Assembly (NCBI GenBank): GCA_944388645.1
Contig: CALXJO010000001.1
Coordinates: 1-31,598 of the forward strand
Origin: an uncultured Clostridia bacterium
GTDB taxonomy: Bacteria > Bacillota > Clostridia > TANB77 > CAG-508
DNA: 31,598 nucleotides
Direction of reading: 5' to 3'
The number at the start of each line of letters is the position of its first letter. The stretch's first letter is position 1. Below are positions 10,013-18,647 of the stretch, piece by piece. The notes under the pieces are model-generated. The model ran no database searches. It worked only from the letters and a program-made list of their open reading frames with translations, and was not told the DNA's origin. The position numbers were made by a program, and so were the translations under genes.

Positions 10013-11047
10013 TTATTGTATATTTGTATTTAAATTCTTTCTTCTTAATTGACCACACGCAGCATCTATATCAGAACCTAGTTCTCTTCTTATTGTTGCT
10101 ACAATTCCATGGTCATTTAAATAATCTCTAAACTTTATTATATTTTCATTTGAACTTTTAGTAAATTTTCCGTTTTCAATTTTATTTATTGGTATTAAAT
10201 TTACATGACATAGCATTCCTTTTAAAAGATTAACTAATTCTTTTGCATCTTTTAAATTATCATTATTATCTCGAGCTAATGCATATTCAAATGAAATTCT
10301 TTTATTTGTAATTTTTATATAATCTTTGCAGGCTTTCATTAGCTCTTCTATATTATATCTATTATTTATTGGCATCATACTTGATCTTGTTTCATCATTA
10401 CTTGCATGAAGAGATACTGATAATGTACATTGTATATTTTCTTTTGCTAAATCATATATTCTTGGAACTATTCCACTTGTTGAAACACTTATATGTCTTG
10501 CTCCTATATTTAGTCCTTTTTGATTATTCAATATCCTTATTGCTTTTATTACATTATTATAATTATCTAATGGTTCTCCTATTCCCATAAAAACTACATT
10601 AGATATTTTTTCACCAATATCTTGCTCTACTGCTAATATTTGTTCAACAATTTCCCCCGAGCTCAAATTTCTTATAAATGGTATTCCTGTAGAAGCACAG
10701 AATTTACATCCCATTTTACATCCGACTTGTGATGAAACACATATAGATTTTCCATAATGATATTGCATTAATACAGATTCTATTGCATTTCCGTCTAATA
10801 TATCAAATAAATATTTTTTTGTTCCATCTGATGATTCTAATTTTTTTAATATTTTAAAATTACATATATTATAATTTGCTTTTAGTTTTTCTCTTAATTC
10901 TAAAGATAAATTTGTCATCTCATCAAAGCTTTTTACTTTATCTACATATAACCACTTAAAGATTTGTTCTGCTCTAAAAGCTTTTTCTCCTAACTCTATA
11001 AGTTCCTGTTTTAAATCTTCTAGGTCATAGTCTTTTATATTTTTCAT
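10013..11047 (-). CDS. rlmN: Dual-specificity 23S rRNA/tRNA methyltransferase (radical SAM)
   Basis: SSQVGCKMGCKFC, MGIGEP, SLHA, VNLIPIN, DIDAACGQL. Confidence 0.95.
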   Translation of the reverse strand: MKNIKDYDLEDLKQELIELGEKAFRAEQIFKWLYVDKVKSFDEMTNLSLELREKLKANYNICNFKILKKLESSDGTKKYLFDILDGNAIESVLMQYHYGKSICVSSQVGCKMGCKFCASTGIPFIRNLSSGEIVEQILAVEQDIGEKISNVVFMGIGEPLDNYNNVIKAIRILNNQKGLNIGARHISVSTSGIVPRIYDLAKENIQCTLSVSLHASNDETRSSMMPINNRYNIEELMKACKDYIKITNKRISFEYALARDNNDNLKDAKELVNLLKGMLCHVNLIPINKIENGKFTKSSNENIIKFRDYLNDHGIVATIRRELGSDIDAACGQLRRKNLNTNIQ

Positions 11048-11103
11048 TGTTACTCTTATTTCTTCCCTTCCCCTGGGTTTTACTTTTTGATATTTACGCT
11101 ATA

Positions 11104-11132
11104 TTTATATCATATTACAACTATTTTTTCAA
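11104..11132 (-). promoter_or_regulatory. Possible SigA-type promoter for rlmN
   Basis: Minus strand TTGAAA, 17 bp ending TGA, TATAAA. Confidence 0.5.
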
Positions 11133-11153
11133 TAGTTCATATATAAAAAGAAT

Positions 11154-11375
11154 TTCGCCCATTAGGAACACCGTTACAATTCACAGCCAAATTATATTGT
11201 GTTTAGGGAACTTATATATTTTTGTAGAATTTTTCGTCTTCGCGCAGCAATTTGGAGCGAAAGCTCCAGCAAGAAGCGATAAAATTCGAAAAAATATATA
11301 AGTTCCCTTTATACGAATATTTAAAATGACTGTGAATTGTAACGGGACGCTCTTTTTAGGGCGACTATTGGGCGA
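11154..11375. repeat. Three-layer nested palindromic repeat
   Basis: Halves of the 33-bp element (TTCGCCCATTAGG 11154-11166; GACGCTCTTTTTAGGGCGA 11346-11364) enclose a perfect 16-bp inverted repeat (11171-11186 / 11330-11345), which encloses a perfect 19-bp inverted repeat (11205-11223 / 11290-11308) around a TGGAGC-GAAA-GCTCCA hairpin. Confidence 0.88.
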
Positions 11376-12606
11376 TTGTTTCTTTTAATATGTTTAAACC
11401 TTTAATAAGTGTTTCATCATCTATTGTTAATGCAGGCATTAGTTTTACAACTGAATTATTTCTTCCAGCTCTTTCTACTATTAAACCATTTTTAAAACAT
11501 TCCATTGATATTTTCTTTGCTAAGTTTCCATCATGGGTTTCTACTCCCCAGATTAAGCCAATTCCTCTTATTTCAAAGTTTTGGTTTAGAGGCTTTATTT
11601 GATTTTCTAAAAATTCTTTTACTATTTTTTCTTTTCTTTGAACTTCTTTTTCAATGTTATTTTTTTTCATAAATTCTAGACCGGCTTTTGCAGCAACTAT
11701 TGCTAGTTGATTTCCTCTAAATGTTCCATTATGCTCTCCAGGTGTCCATATGTCTAATTCTGGTTTTATTAGTGTTAAGGCAAAAGGCATTCCATACCCA
11801 CCTATTGATTTTGAAAGAGCTACCATGTCTGGAACTATTCCTGCTCTTTCAAAAGAGAAGAAAGTTCCGCTTCTTGCACATCCTACTTGTATATCATCTA
11901 CTATTAATAATATATCATTATCTGTGCAGAATTTACGTACATCTTTTAACCATTGTTTTTCAAATACCCAAATTCCACCTTCTGCTTGAACAGTTTCTAT
12001 AATTAAAGCTGCAGGTTTTTCTACTCCTGAATGATCATCATCTAATAATGTTTGCATATATTTTATTGTATCTAACTCTTTAAACATATATGGAGCAGGG
12101 ATATGTGTTACATTTTCTAAATTTACACCTGCACCTTGTCTACTTTCTTTATCACTTGTTAATGCAAGCGAACCTAATGTCATACCATGAAAACATCCCA
12201 TTAAGCACCAAATATTATTTCTCTTTTTTACTTTTCTTGCAAGTTTTAAAGCAGCTTCAACTGCATTTGTACCTGTTGGTCCAGGAAATTGTATTTTGTA
12301 GTTAAGTCCTCTTGGAATTAAAATTTCTTTTTCAAAATATTCTATAAAATCATGTTTTGCTTGTGTGTACATGTCTAGAGCATGCATTATTTTATCATCT
12401 TGTAGATATTTTATTATTTTTTCCTTTATATAATCATTATTATGTCCATAGTTAACAGCTCCAGCTCCACAGAAAAAGTCTATGTATTCTTTTCCATTAA
12501 TGTCTTTTATAATTGAGCCTTTTGCATAATCTAATACCTCATCAAAAACTCTACAATAAGATCTTACTTCAGATTCATATTTTTCAAAAACTTGTTTTTC
12601 TTCCAT
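11365..12606 (-). CDS. ectB: Diaminobutyrate--2-oxoglutarate transaminase (EctB/Dat family, class III PLP aminotransferase)
   Basis: ESEVRSYCR, DFFCGAGAVNYGHN, GPTGTNAVEAALKLARK, FHGMTLGSL, ETVQAEGG, VDDIQVGC, LSKSIGG, PGEHNGTFRGN are the EctB signature blocks. Confidence 0.9.
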   Translation of the reverse strand: MEEKQVFEKYESEVRSYCRVFDEVLDYAKGSIIKDINGKEYIDFFCGAGAVNYGHNNDYIKEKIIKYLQDDKIMHALDMYTQAKHDFIEYFEKEILIPRGLNYKIQFPGPTGTNAVEAALKLARKVKKRNNIWCLMGCFHGMTLGSLALTSDKESRQGAGVNLENVTHIPAPYMFKELDTIKYMQTLLDDDHSGVEKPAALIIETVQAEGGIWVFEKQWLKDVRKFCTDNDILLIVDDIQVGCARSGTFFSFERAGIVPDMVALSKSIGGYGMPFALTLIKPELDIWTPGEHNGTFRGNQLAIVAAKAGLEFMKKNNIEKEVQRKEKIVKEFLENQIKPLNQNFEIRGIGLIWGVETHDGNLAKKISMECFKNGLIVERAGRNNSVVKLMPALTIDDETLIKGLNILKETIAQ

Positions 12607-12661
12607 GTTAATTACTTCCTTAAATTTATTTAGGTTTTTATAAGGATTTGCCTATAAACCA

Positions 12662-13375
12662 CTAATCATAATTTGTTTCTGGATTTTCAAATTCTTTTAG
12701 ACGTATTTTATAGCAACTTACTGCTTCTTCTTCATAAGCTAGATTTATATCTTTTATTCCCATTAATTTTAAGAAATATTTAGTAAAATCTGGGTTTAGT
12801 ACTAAAATTGGTCCAAGTACATATGTGCCCATAAAGTTATTTATACGAACACCTTCAAATTTTGACTCTTCATTTATTCCTGGACCTTTCAGCGCATCAA
12901 ATAAATAATTACTACTATTATCTCCATAAGACATAGCAAACTGTGATTTAAATCCTACAATTTTTATATCTTCTATTTTTCCTAAAAATAGTGAATTATA
13001 TCTATGCATCATATCTCTTTTAGCATATAAATTTGTTATTCCTAGTCCTTCTATTCTGCTTCCATCTTCATTTTCTATATACTTTCCAAATATTTCTAAA
13101 GCATTTCCTATAACAAGAAATAACTGATTTTGTTCTATTAATTCTTTTATTTTATCTGTATATGGCTTAAGTTTTTCTATAACAAGTTCTTGTGAGTTTT
13201 CTGTCATTGGAGCCATATATATCATGTCAACTTTTTCATCTACAAATTTAGGAGTGTCTGTTAATGATGTATATATAATTTCTATGTCTTGAACTGATTT
13301 TTCTAAATATTTTATGTTATACATATTTCCAAACAAATTACATATTTCTGGAAATAATACTTCAATTTTCAGCAT
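12662..13375 (-). CDS. gatD: GatD/CobQ-like class I glutamine amidotransferase homolog, apparently catalytically inactive
   Basis: 237 aa; LFPEICNLFGN, FNSL-like YNSLFLG, IVGF, EG..NNFMGTY.LGPIL..NP architecture of GatD; overlaps the murT stop by 1 bp (TAATG). Catalytic Cys and His positions read G and L. Confidence 0.8.
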   Translation of the reverse strand: MLKIEVLFPEICNLFGNMYNIKYLEKSVQDIEIIYTSLTDTPKFVDEKVDMIYMAPMTENSQELVIEKLKPYTDKIKELIEQNQLFLVIGNALEIFGKYIENEDGSRIEGLGITNLYAKRDMMHRYNSLFLGKIEDIKIVGFKSQFAMSYGDNSSNYLFDALKGPGINEESKFEGVRINNFMGTYVLGPILVLNPDFTKYFLKLMGIKDINLAYEEEAVSCYKIRLKEFENPETNYD

Positions 13376-14817
13376 TAGTTTGCACCTCCACTTATTTGTT
13401 GTTCTTCTGTTTTATCCTTAGTACTATTTTGAATTCTGTTTTTAACTTCTGCTCTAACATCATTTGCTATTTGTTCATCATATAGTTCAAATAATATGTA
13501 TATATCTTTTTCTTTATCTAATGATAAATAATTTGCTGTTTCTTTTGGTTCTTCTGTAAATACTAATTTTTCTTTTGGAACACCTGCTATAAGTAGTCTT
13601 AAATAAAAGTCCTGTGCCCTAGGACCTCCAATTATAATCTTATCTATATCATTTGAATTTAAAAATTCAAAATCACAATCATATAGCCAAGTTATATTTT
13701 CTGAAGATTCCTTTGCATCAAATAAATCAAATAACAATAAAATTATTTCTTTTTTTCCTTTTTCACTTCTTATATAATCAAACACACATGAACAAGCAAT
13801 TGGATTTTGTCCTTTTGCCATATGGCTTACTATTTTTATTCCATTAACTTTTTCTTCCTTATATCTACTTCCTACAATATTTTCCTCATCAAAAACTTTT
13901 TGTATGTTTTCTTCTTCCATTCCGAGTTCGCAAAGTAGCGCAATTACAGCGGCCTCATTATAAATATTAAAAATACTATTAGATATTAATTTATATTCTT
14001 TTTCGCCCATTAGGGACGCCCCTTTTTGGGCGAACTTTTCATTACCATTTCTTTTTACGGCAATTTTATTTTTTTCAAAGTCTATTTTTGTTACTGCATA
14101 ATCTGGTTTTGGTGATTTAAATCCACAATTTGGACAATATGCATTTCCTATATGGTGATATCTTACATAATTGTATTTTAACTTAGCATGACATTTAGGA
14201 CATATTCTTACATCATTTATTATATTGTCAGATTCTGTTTTATCTGTATCTAATTTATCTATTGCAAAATATGTTTTTTCATTTGTAGTTCCTAATGAAC
14301 TAGAAATTAAATCATCTGCATTTAAAATTAATTTGGTTTCTACTGGCAAGTTTTTGTTTATTATGTTTAATATAAATTCAGGATGCGCATTTCTTCTTAT
14401 GGAATCTCTAAATAAATTAGTACAAACTAGATATGTTGGTTTAACATATGGAAATACTTTTGGTGAGCTTCTTTCATCTATTTCTAATACTGCAATTTCA
14501 TATTTGGTTTTATTTCTAATATTTACTCCAGATATAAAAGCTGCCGCAATTCCAGCATCAATATTAGACCCTAATCTATTATCTAGCACTTTATAATTAT
14601 TTTTATTTAATGCATCTATAATTAGATTACATACTGTTGTTTTTCCATTTGTACCTGTAACACCTATTATTTGTTTTGGTTTATCTATTTTTCCCAAAAA
14701 GTCTTTACAAATTGTTATTGCAACTCTTCCTGGAAAGAATGTTGCTTTTCTACCCAAAATTTTTAACATTGTTCTTACTATTTTTGCTGTATATAAAGCT
14801 ATATAAAATTTTATCAT
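13375..14817 (-). CDS. murT: MurT-like Mur ligase family protein with DUF1727 C-terminal domain
   Basis: FPGRVA, VTGTNGKTT, GSNIDAG, LEIDE, TNLFRD, LNADD, zinc ribbon CPKC..CPNC, C-terminal TWLYDCDFE; coupled to a gatD-like gene. Confidence 0.88.
   Translation of the reverse strand: MIKFYIALYTAKIVRTMLKILGRKATFFPGRVAITICKDFLGKIDKPKQIIGVTGTNGKTTVCNLIIDALNKNNYKVLDNRLGSNIDAGIAAAFISGVNIRNKTKYEIAVLEIDERSSPKVFPYVKPTYLVCTNLFRDSIRRNAHPEFILNIINKNLPVETKLILNADDLISSSLGTTNEKTYFAIDKLDTDKTESDNIINDVRICPKCHAKLKYNYVRYHHIGNAYCPNCGFKSPKPDYAVTKIDFEKNKIAVKRNGNEKFAQKGASLMGEKEYKLISNSIFNIYNEAAVIALLCELGMEEENIQKVFDEENIVGSRYKEEKVNGIKIVSHMAKGQNPIACSCVFDYIRSEKGKKEIILLLFDLFDAKESSENITWLYDCDFEFLNSNDIDKIIIGGPRAQDFYLRLLIAGVPKEKLVFTEEPKETANYLSLDKEKDIYILFELYDEQIANDVRAEVKNRIQNSTKDKTEEQQISGGAN
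14002..14034. repeat. 33-bp REP-like palindrome inserted in frame within murT
   Basis: TTCGCCCA..TGGGCGAA arms; its reverse complement matches the intergenic copy at 28261-28293 at 31 of 33 positions. Confidence 0.9.
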
Positions 14818-14914
14818 TTTTACCTCTTTTTAATATTATTTTAAGAATTGACCAATATAATTTATAGTTTAGCACAAGTATATATAAAAATCTAGTGTTT
14901 AGACTAAAATAATA

Positions 14915-14946
14915 GACTATATTGATAGTCATTTATCAATATAGTC
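14915..14946 (-). terminator. Intrinsic terminator overlapping the stop of the 79-aa gene
   Basis: Perfect 13-bp stem GACTATATTGATA / TATCAATATAGTC with 6-nt loop, T-rich on both sides. Confidence 0.75.
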
Positions 14947-15175
14947 TTTTTTCTATTTCTAAAACTACTTTTGCAATTTTGTTTATATGTTCATTTAGGA
15001 GTTGCACTCTCATCTCGTCTATTTCATTATATTCTTGTAATTTATTTATTCGTTTCATTGCAATAATATGATTTTTTTCTATTTTTTCTTTTATATCTTT
15101 TTGTTCGTTTATTATTACATCTAATTTTTTATTTATTTCTTCTAATATTAGTGCAAGTGTTTCTTCATTTTTCAT
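14936..15175 (-). CDS. Small hypothetical coiled-coil protein (79 aa)
   Basis: Follows aspS on the same strand, has an AGGTGG RBS, heptad-like L/I pattern and a downstream terminator. Confidence 0.7.
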   Translation of the reverse strand: MKNEETLALILEEINKKLDVIINEQKDIKEKIEKNHIIAMKRINKLQEYNEIDEMRVQLLNEHINKIAKVVLEIEKRLY

Positions 15176-15196
15176 ATAACCACCTGCCCTTTTAAT

Positions 15197-16963
15197 TTAT
15201 TTTTCATCAATTTTTATATGAACATCTTTTAATTGATAGTCTTCTACTCTACTTGGTGTATTTATCATAACATCTCTTGCTTTTTTATTTTTTGGAAATG
15301 CTATTACATCTCTAATATTTTGTGTATCTTCTATTAGCATTATCATTCTATCTAATCCTAAAGCAGCACCTGCATGTGGTGGAGTTCCATATTTAAATGC
15401 CTTATACAATGCTCCAAATTTTTCTTCTACTGTTTTTTCTTCATATCCTGCTATCTCAAAAGCTTTTACCATTAAGTCTGAATCATGATTTCTAACAGCA
15501 CCTGATGCCATTTCATAACCATTACCTACTAAATCGAATTGATATGCAACTATATCTAATGGATTGCTGTTTTGTAAAGCTTCCATTCCTCCTTGTGGCA
15601 TTGAAAATGGGTTATGATTAAAATCTATTTTTTGTTCATCTTCATTATATTCATACATTGGAAAATCTACTATAAAGCAGAATCTATATACATTTTTCTC
15701 TATTAAGTCTAATCTTTTTCCAAGTTCAATTCTAACCTGTCCCGCAATTTTTTGAGCTGTTTCTAATTTGTCTGCTATAAAGAATATACTGTCATTTTCT
15801 TTAACTCCAAGCTTTTCTTCTAAACCTTTTAGTATATCTTCTGTTATGAATTTTGCAATTCCGCCTTGAGGAGTATTATTTTCATCAATTTTTGTCCAAG
15901 CTAGACCTTTAGCACCTTGTTCTTCTACTGCAAATTCAGTCATGCTATCAAAGAATTTTCTTCCTTGTAATGCTCCATTTGGAACAACTATAGCTTTAAT
16001 TGTTTTTCCTTTAAATGCATTAAATTCACTTTCTTTAAATAGTTCTGTAGCATCTTGTATTATTAGTGGATTTCTTAAGTCTGGTTTATCTATACCGTAT
16101 TTTTCCATTGCTTCTTTATATGTAATTCTCTTAAATGGTCCTTTATCTACTTGCCAAGTTGTATGTTTTGTAAATACTGTAGTTATTAGTTCTTCTATAG
16201 TTTTTAATACATCTTCTTGGGTTGCAAAAGCCATTTCAAAATCTACTTGATAGAACTCGCCTGGTGCTCTATCTGCTCTTGGATCTTCATCTCTAAAACA
16301 AGGAGCAATTTGATAATATTTATCAAAACCAGAGATCATTAATAATTGTTTAAATTGTTGTGGTGCTTGTGGAAGAGCATAAAACTCGCCTGGGTGTAAT
16401 CTACTTGGTACTAAAAAGTCTCTTGCACCCTCTGGTGAAGAATTTGCAAGTATTGGAGTTTGAATTTCAGCAAATTTCATCTCATCCATTTTATCTCTTA
16501 TGCTTTTCATTATTTGAGAACGAAGTAATATATTATTGTGTATTTTATTATTACGTAAGTCTAAATATCTATATTCTAATCTTAAATCTTCTCTTACAGA
16601 TGAAATATCTATTTTCTCGGAATTTATTTCAAATGGAAGTGTTGGTTCACATTTTCCAAGTATTGTTATGCTTTTAGCCTCTACTTCTATTTCTCCAGTT
16701 GGTATTTTGTTGTTTTTATTTGAACGTTCTATCACTTTTCCGTCCACAGATATAACACATTCTGTGTAAATTTGTGACATTTGCTCTTTTAGGCTTTCAT
16801 CAGAAATTGTAATTTGTGTAATTCCATATTGATCTCTTAAATCTATAAAAGTCATTCCCCCAAGATTTCTAATTCTTTGAATCCAACCAGCAAGTCTTAC
16901 TTCTTGTCCTACATTATTAATATTTAATTCCCCACAGTTATGATTTCTATATTCATTTGCCAT
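15197..16963 (-). CDS. aspS: Aspartate--tRNA ligase
   Basis: RNHNCGEL, RNLGGMTFIDLRD, SSPEGARDF, ALPQAPQQFKQLLM, CFRDED, NHNPFSMP, GYEMASG, PPHAG, GLDR. Confidence 0.95.
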   Translation of the reverse strand: MANEYRNHNCGELNINNVGQEVRLAGWIQRIRNLGGMTFIDLRDQYGITQITISDESLKEQMSQIYTECVISVDGKVIERSNKNNKIPTGEIEVEAKSITILGKCEPTLPFEINSEKIDISSVREDLRLEYRYLDLRNNKIHNNILLRSQIMKSIRDKMDEMKFAEIQTPILANSSPEGARDFLVPSRLHPGEFYALPQAPQQFKQLLMISGFDKYYQIAPCFRDEDPRADRAPGEFYQVDFEMAFATQEDVLKTIEELITTVFTKHTTWQVDKGPFKRITYKEAMEKYGIDKPDLRNPLIIQDATELFKESEFNAFKGKTIKAIVVPNGALQGRKFFDSMTEFAVEEQGAKGLAWTKIDENNTPQGGIAKFITEDILKGLEEKLGVKENDSIFFIADKLETAQKIAGQVRIELGKRLDLIEKNVYRFCFIVDFPMYEYNEDEQKIDFNHNPFSMPQGGMEALQNSNPLDIVAYQFDLVGNGYEMASGAVRNHDSDLMVKAFEIAGYEEKTVEEKFGALYKAFKYGTPPHAGAALGLDRMIMLIEDTQNIRDVIAFPKNKKARDVMINTPSRVEDYQLKDVHIKIDEK

Positions 16964-17033
16964 TTTTTAATTTTCATTCCTTTCTAACTCATATGCTTAT
17001 ATATTTTATACCTTTTTGCCTCAAAAGTCCATA

Positions 17034-18503
17034 TTATTTGCGCTCATATATTGAAAAATAATCATCTTCATATAATTTATTATAATTTTCGTCTTTGTTT
17101 AGATATGTATTAATTCTTTCTGTATTATATACTATTGCATAATCTATATCATACTTATCAAATAAATCATCATAATGCATCTCACCATTTACAACATTAT
17201 ACCAATCTTCCAATATATCTACATTATTAAATTCTCTACAATATACCTCACATCTTGAGTCTATAAATGTTTTTATTCCTTTAAATTCTAAATAACTTCC
17301 AAAATTAAAGTGATCATATATCCTCATGTTTTGATAATCTAAATTGTTTAAAATATATTCTGTTGCATCAACTGGATAAGCTGTTTTATCAACATATTCT
17401 TCTTTGGTTCTTTGTACTATATTAGGAAGCATAAATATTAAAATAAATATTCCAAGTAAAGTAATTACAGAGTTTTTATTTAGTTTGCTTTCAAGTTTTT
17501 CAAGTAATTTTTCATTATCATAAGTCTCAAAAAAATTATTTACAAGTCTAGTTAATGGTATCATTCCTATTATAAAGAAAAATGATTGATTTCTTACTGC
17601 AAGTATCGCCATTATGAACAATCCGAAAAATAATAATAAGTCTCTTACTTTTATCTTAGCTTTTGTTGCTAAAGCTATAATTACATATACAACTAACATA
17701 CTGCACATTCCAACAGATGTTAATAAATTTGTTGGTTGAAGTTCTAATATAAACTCAGAAGATATGCTCCCCATTACTTTAAACATATATATGTGTGTAT
17801 ATGTTCCAATTGGTGATAAAAAGCTTCCTATTAAAAGTAAAATTAATGTAATTACAAGTGGTTTTATTTTTAAATCTTCAATTACAAGCTTTATATCTTT
17901 TTTCTTTTTTATTATTTTATTTAATATTGCCTCTGCTAAAAATGGCATAACTAATATTATAGTAACTGGCCATACTGATGCATGGAAGTTTACTATAAAC
18001 ACAGATATTAAAAATAAATATATATAATATCTCTTTTTATTAGTCGTTAGTAATCTTTCTATAAAAAATACTTCTAGTAATAAACATAAATACGAGATTA
18101 TTTGTGCTCTTGCTGTAAATGTTCCAATCCCTGCCATTATAAGTGAAGAACATACTGTAGCAATAAATGCTAATACTACATTATTTTTTTGTTTTATTAA
18201 AATATAAAATAATGAAAGCATTGTAATAACAGCTATAATCATTACAAATATGTAAATTCCAGTAAAACCAGTGCTATTATATAAAAGAGTCATTATCATA
18301 TCAAAAGCCCATCTTAGCTTATAAAATGTAAGCCCTTCATGCCATGTTAAATGATCCATATTATCATAGCCATTTGCTAGCATTTCTCTTCCTGTGGCAA
18401 TTGTAAAAAATATATCATTTTGCATTACTCTTCTAACAGACACAGCTGTAATAAATATTATAAAAATCGCTAATATAATATAAACCTTTTTATTCCTCTT
18501 CAT
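17034..18503 (-). CDS. Polytopic membrane protein, possible GT-C-type glycosyltransferase
   Basis: Many hydrophobic segments; early loop NDIFFTIATG and C-terminal FNFGSYL..FIDSR pattern resemble uncharacterised GT-C-like families. Function is inference. Confidence 0.6.
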   Translation of the reverse strand: MKRNKKVYIILAIFIIFITAVSVRRVMQNDIFFTIATGREMLANGYDNMDHLTWHEGLTFYKLRWAFDMIMTLLYNSTGFTGIYIFVMIIAVITMLSLFYILIKQKNNVVLAFIATVCSSLIMAGIGTFTARAQIISYLCLLLEVFFIERLLTTNKKRYYIYLFLISVFIVNFHASVWPVTIILVMPFLAEAILNKIIKKKKDIKLVIEDLKIKPLVITLILLLIGSFLSPIGTYTHIYMFKVMGSISSEFILELQPTNLLTSVGMCSMLVVYVIIALATKAKIKVRDLLLFFGLFIMAILAVRNQSFFFIIGMIPLTRLVNNFFETYDNEKLLEKLESKLNKNSVITLLGIFILIFMLPNIVQRTKEEYVDKTAYPVDATEYILNNLDYQNMRIYDHFNFGSYLEFKGIKTFIDSRCEVYCREFNNVDILEDWYNVVNGEMHYDDLFDKYDIDYAIVYNTERINTYLNKDENYNKLYEDDYFSIYERK

Positions 18504-18584
18504 TTATAAAATTCTCCAATCTCTAATATAAATAACATTCTACCGTAAATTTCCTATTTTTTCAATATTTCGCACTAATATTCC

Positions 18585-18613
18585 TTGATTTTTTCCTATT
18601 ATCAATGTATAAT
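18585..18613 (+). promoter_or_regulatory. SigA-type promoter for asnS
   Basis: TTGATT (18585-18590), 17 bp, TATAAT (18608-18613). Confidence 0.7.
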
Positions 18614-18647
18614 TTATTCTAATTTGAATAGATGGGAGATGTTAGTT

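Noticed and set aside
11047-11301. Plus-strand 84-aa ORF, and its apparent similarity (RSDKIxKNI) to the end of the ORF at 21029-21442
   Set aside because: The shared peptide is just translation of the same repeat family; no RBS, and antisense to promoter regions.
11365-12606. Ectoine biosynthesis cluster
   Set aside because: ectA and ectC are absent from both flanks, so only the transaminase is supported.
1787-14946. Stop codons lying inside terminator stems (deoB, 79-aa gene)
   Set aside because: Common in compact AT-rich genomes; not a separate phenomenon.
18504-18647. T-box riboswitch upstream of asnS or aspS
   Set aside because: Leaders are too short (about 30 nt after the asnS -10 box; 70 bp intergenic before aspS) and have no T-box motif.
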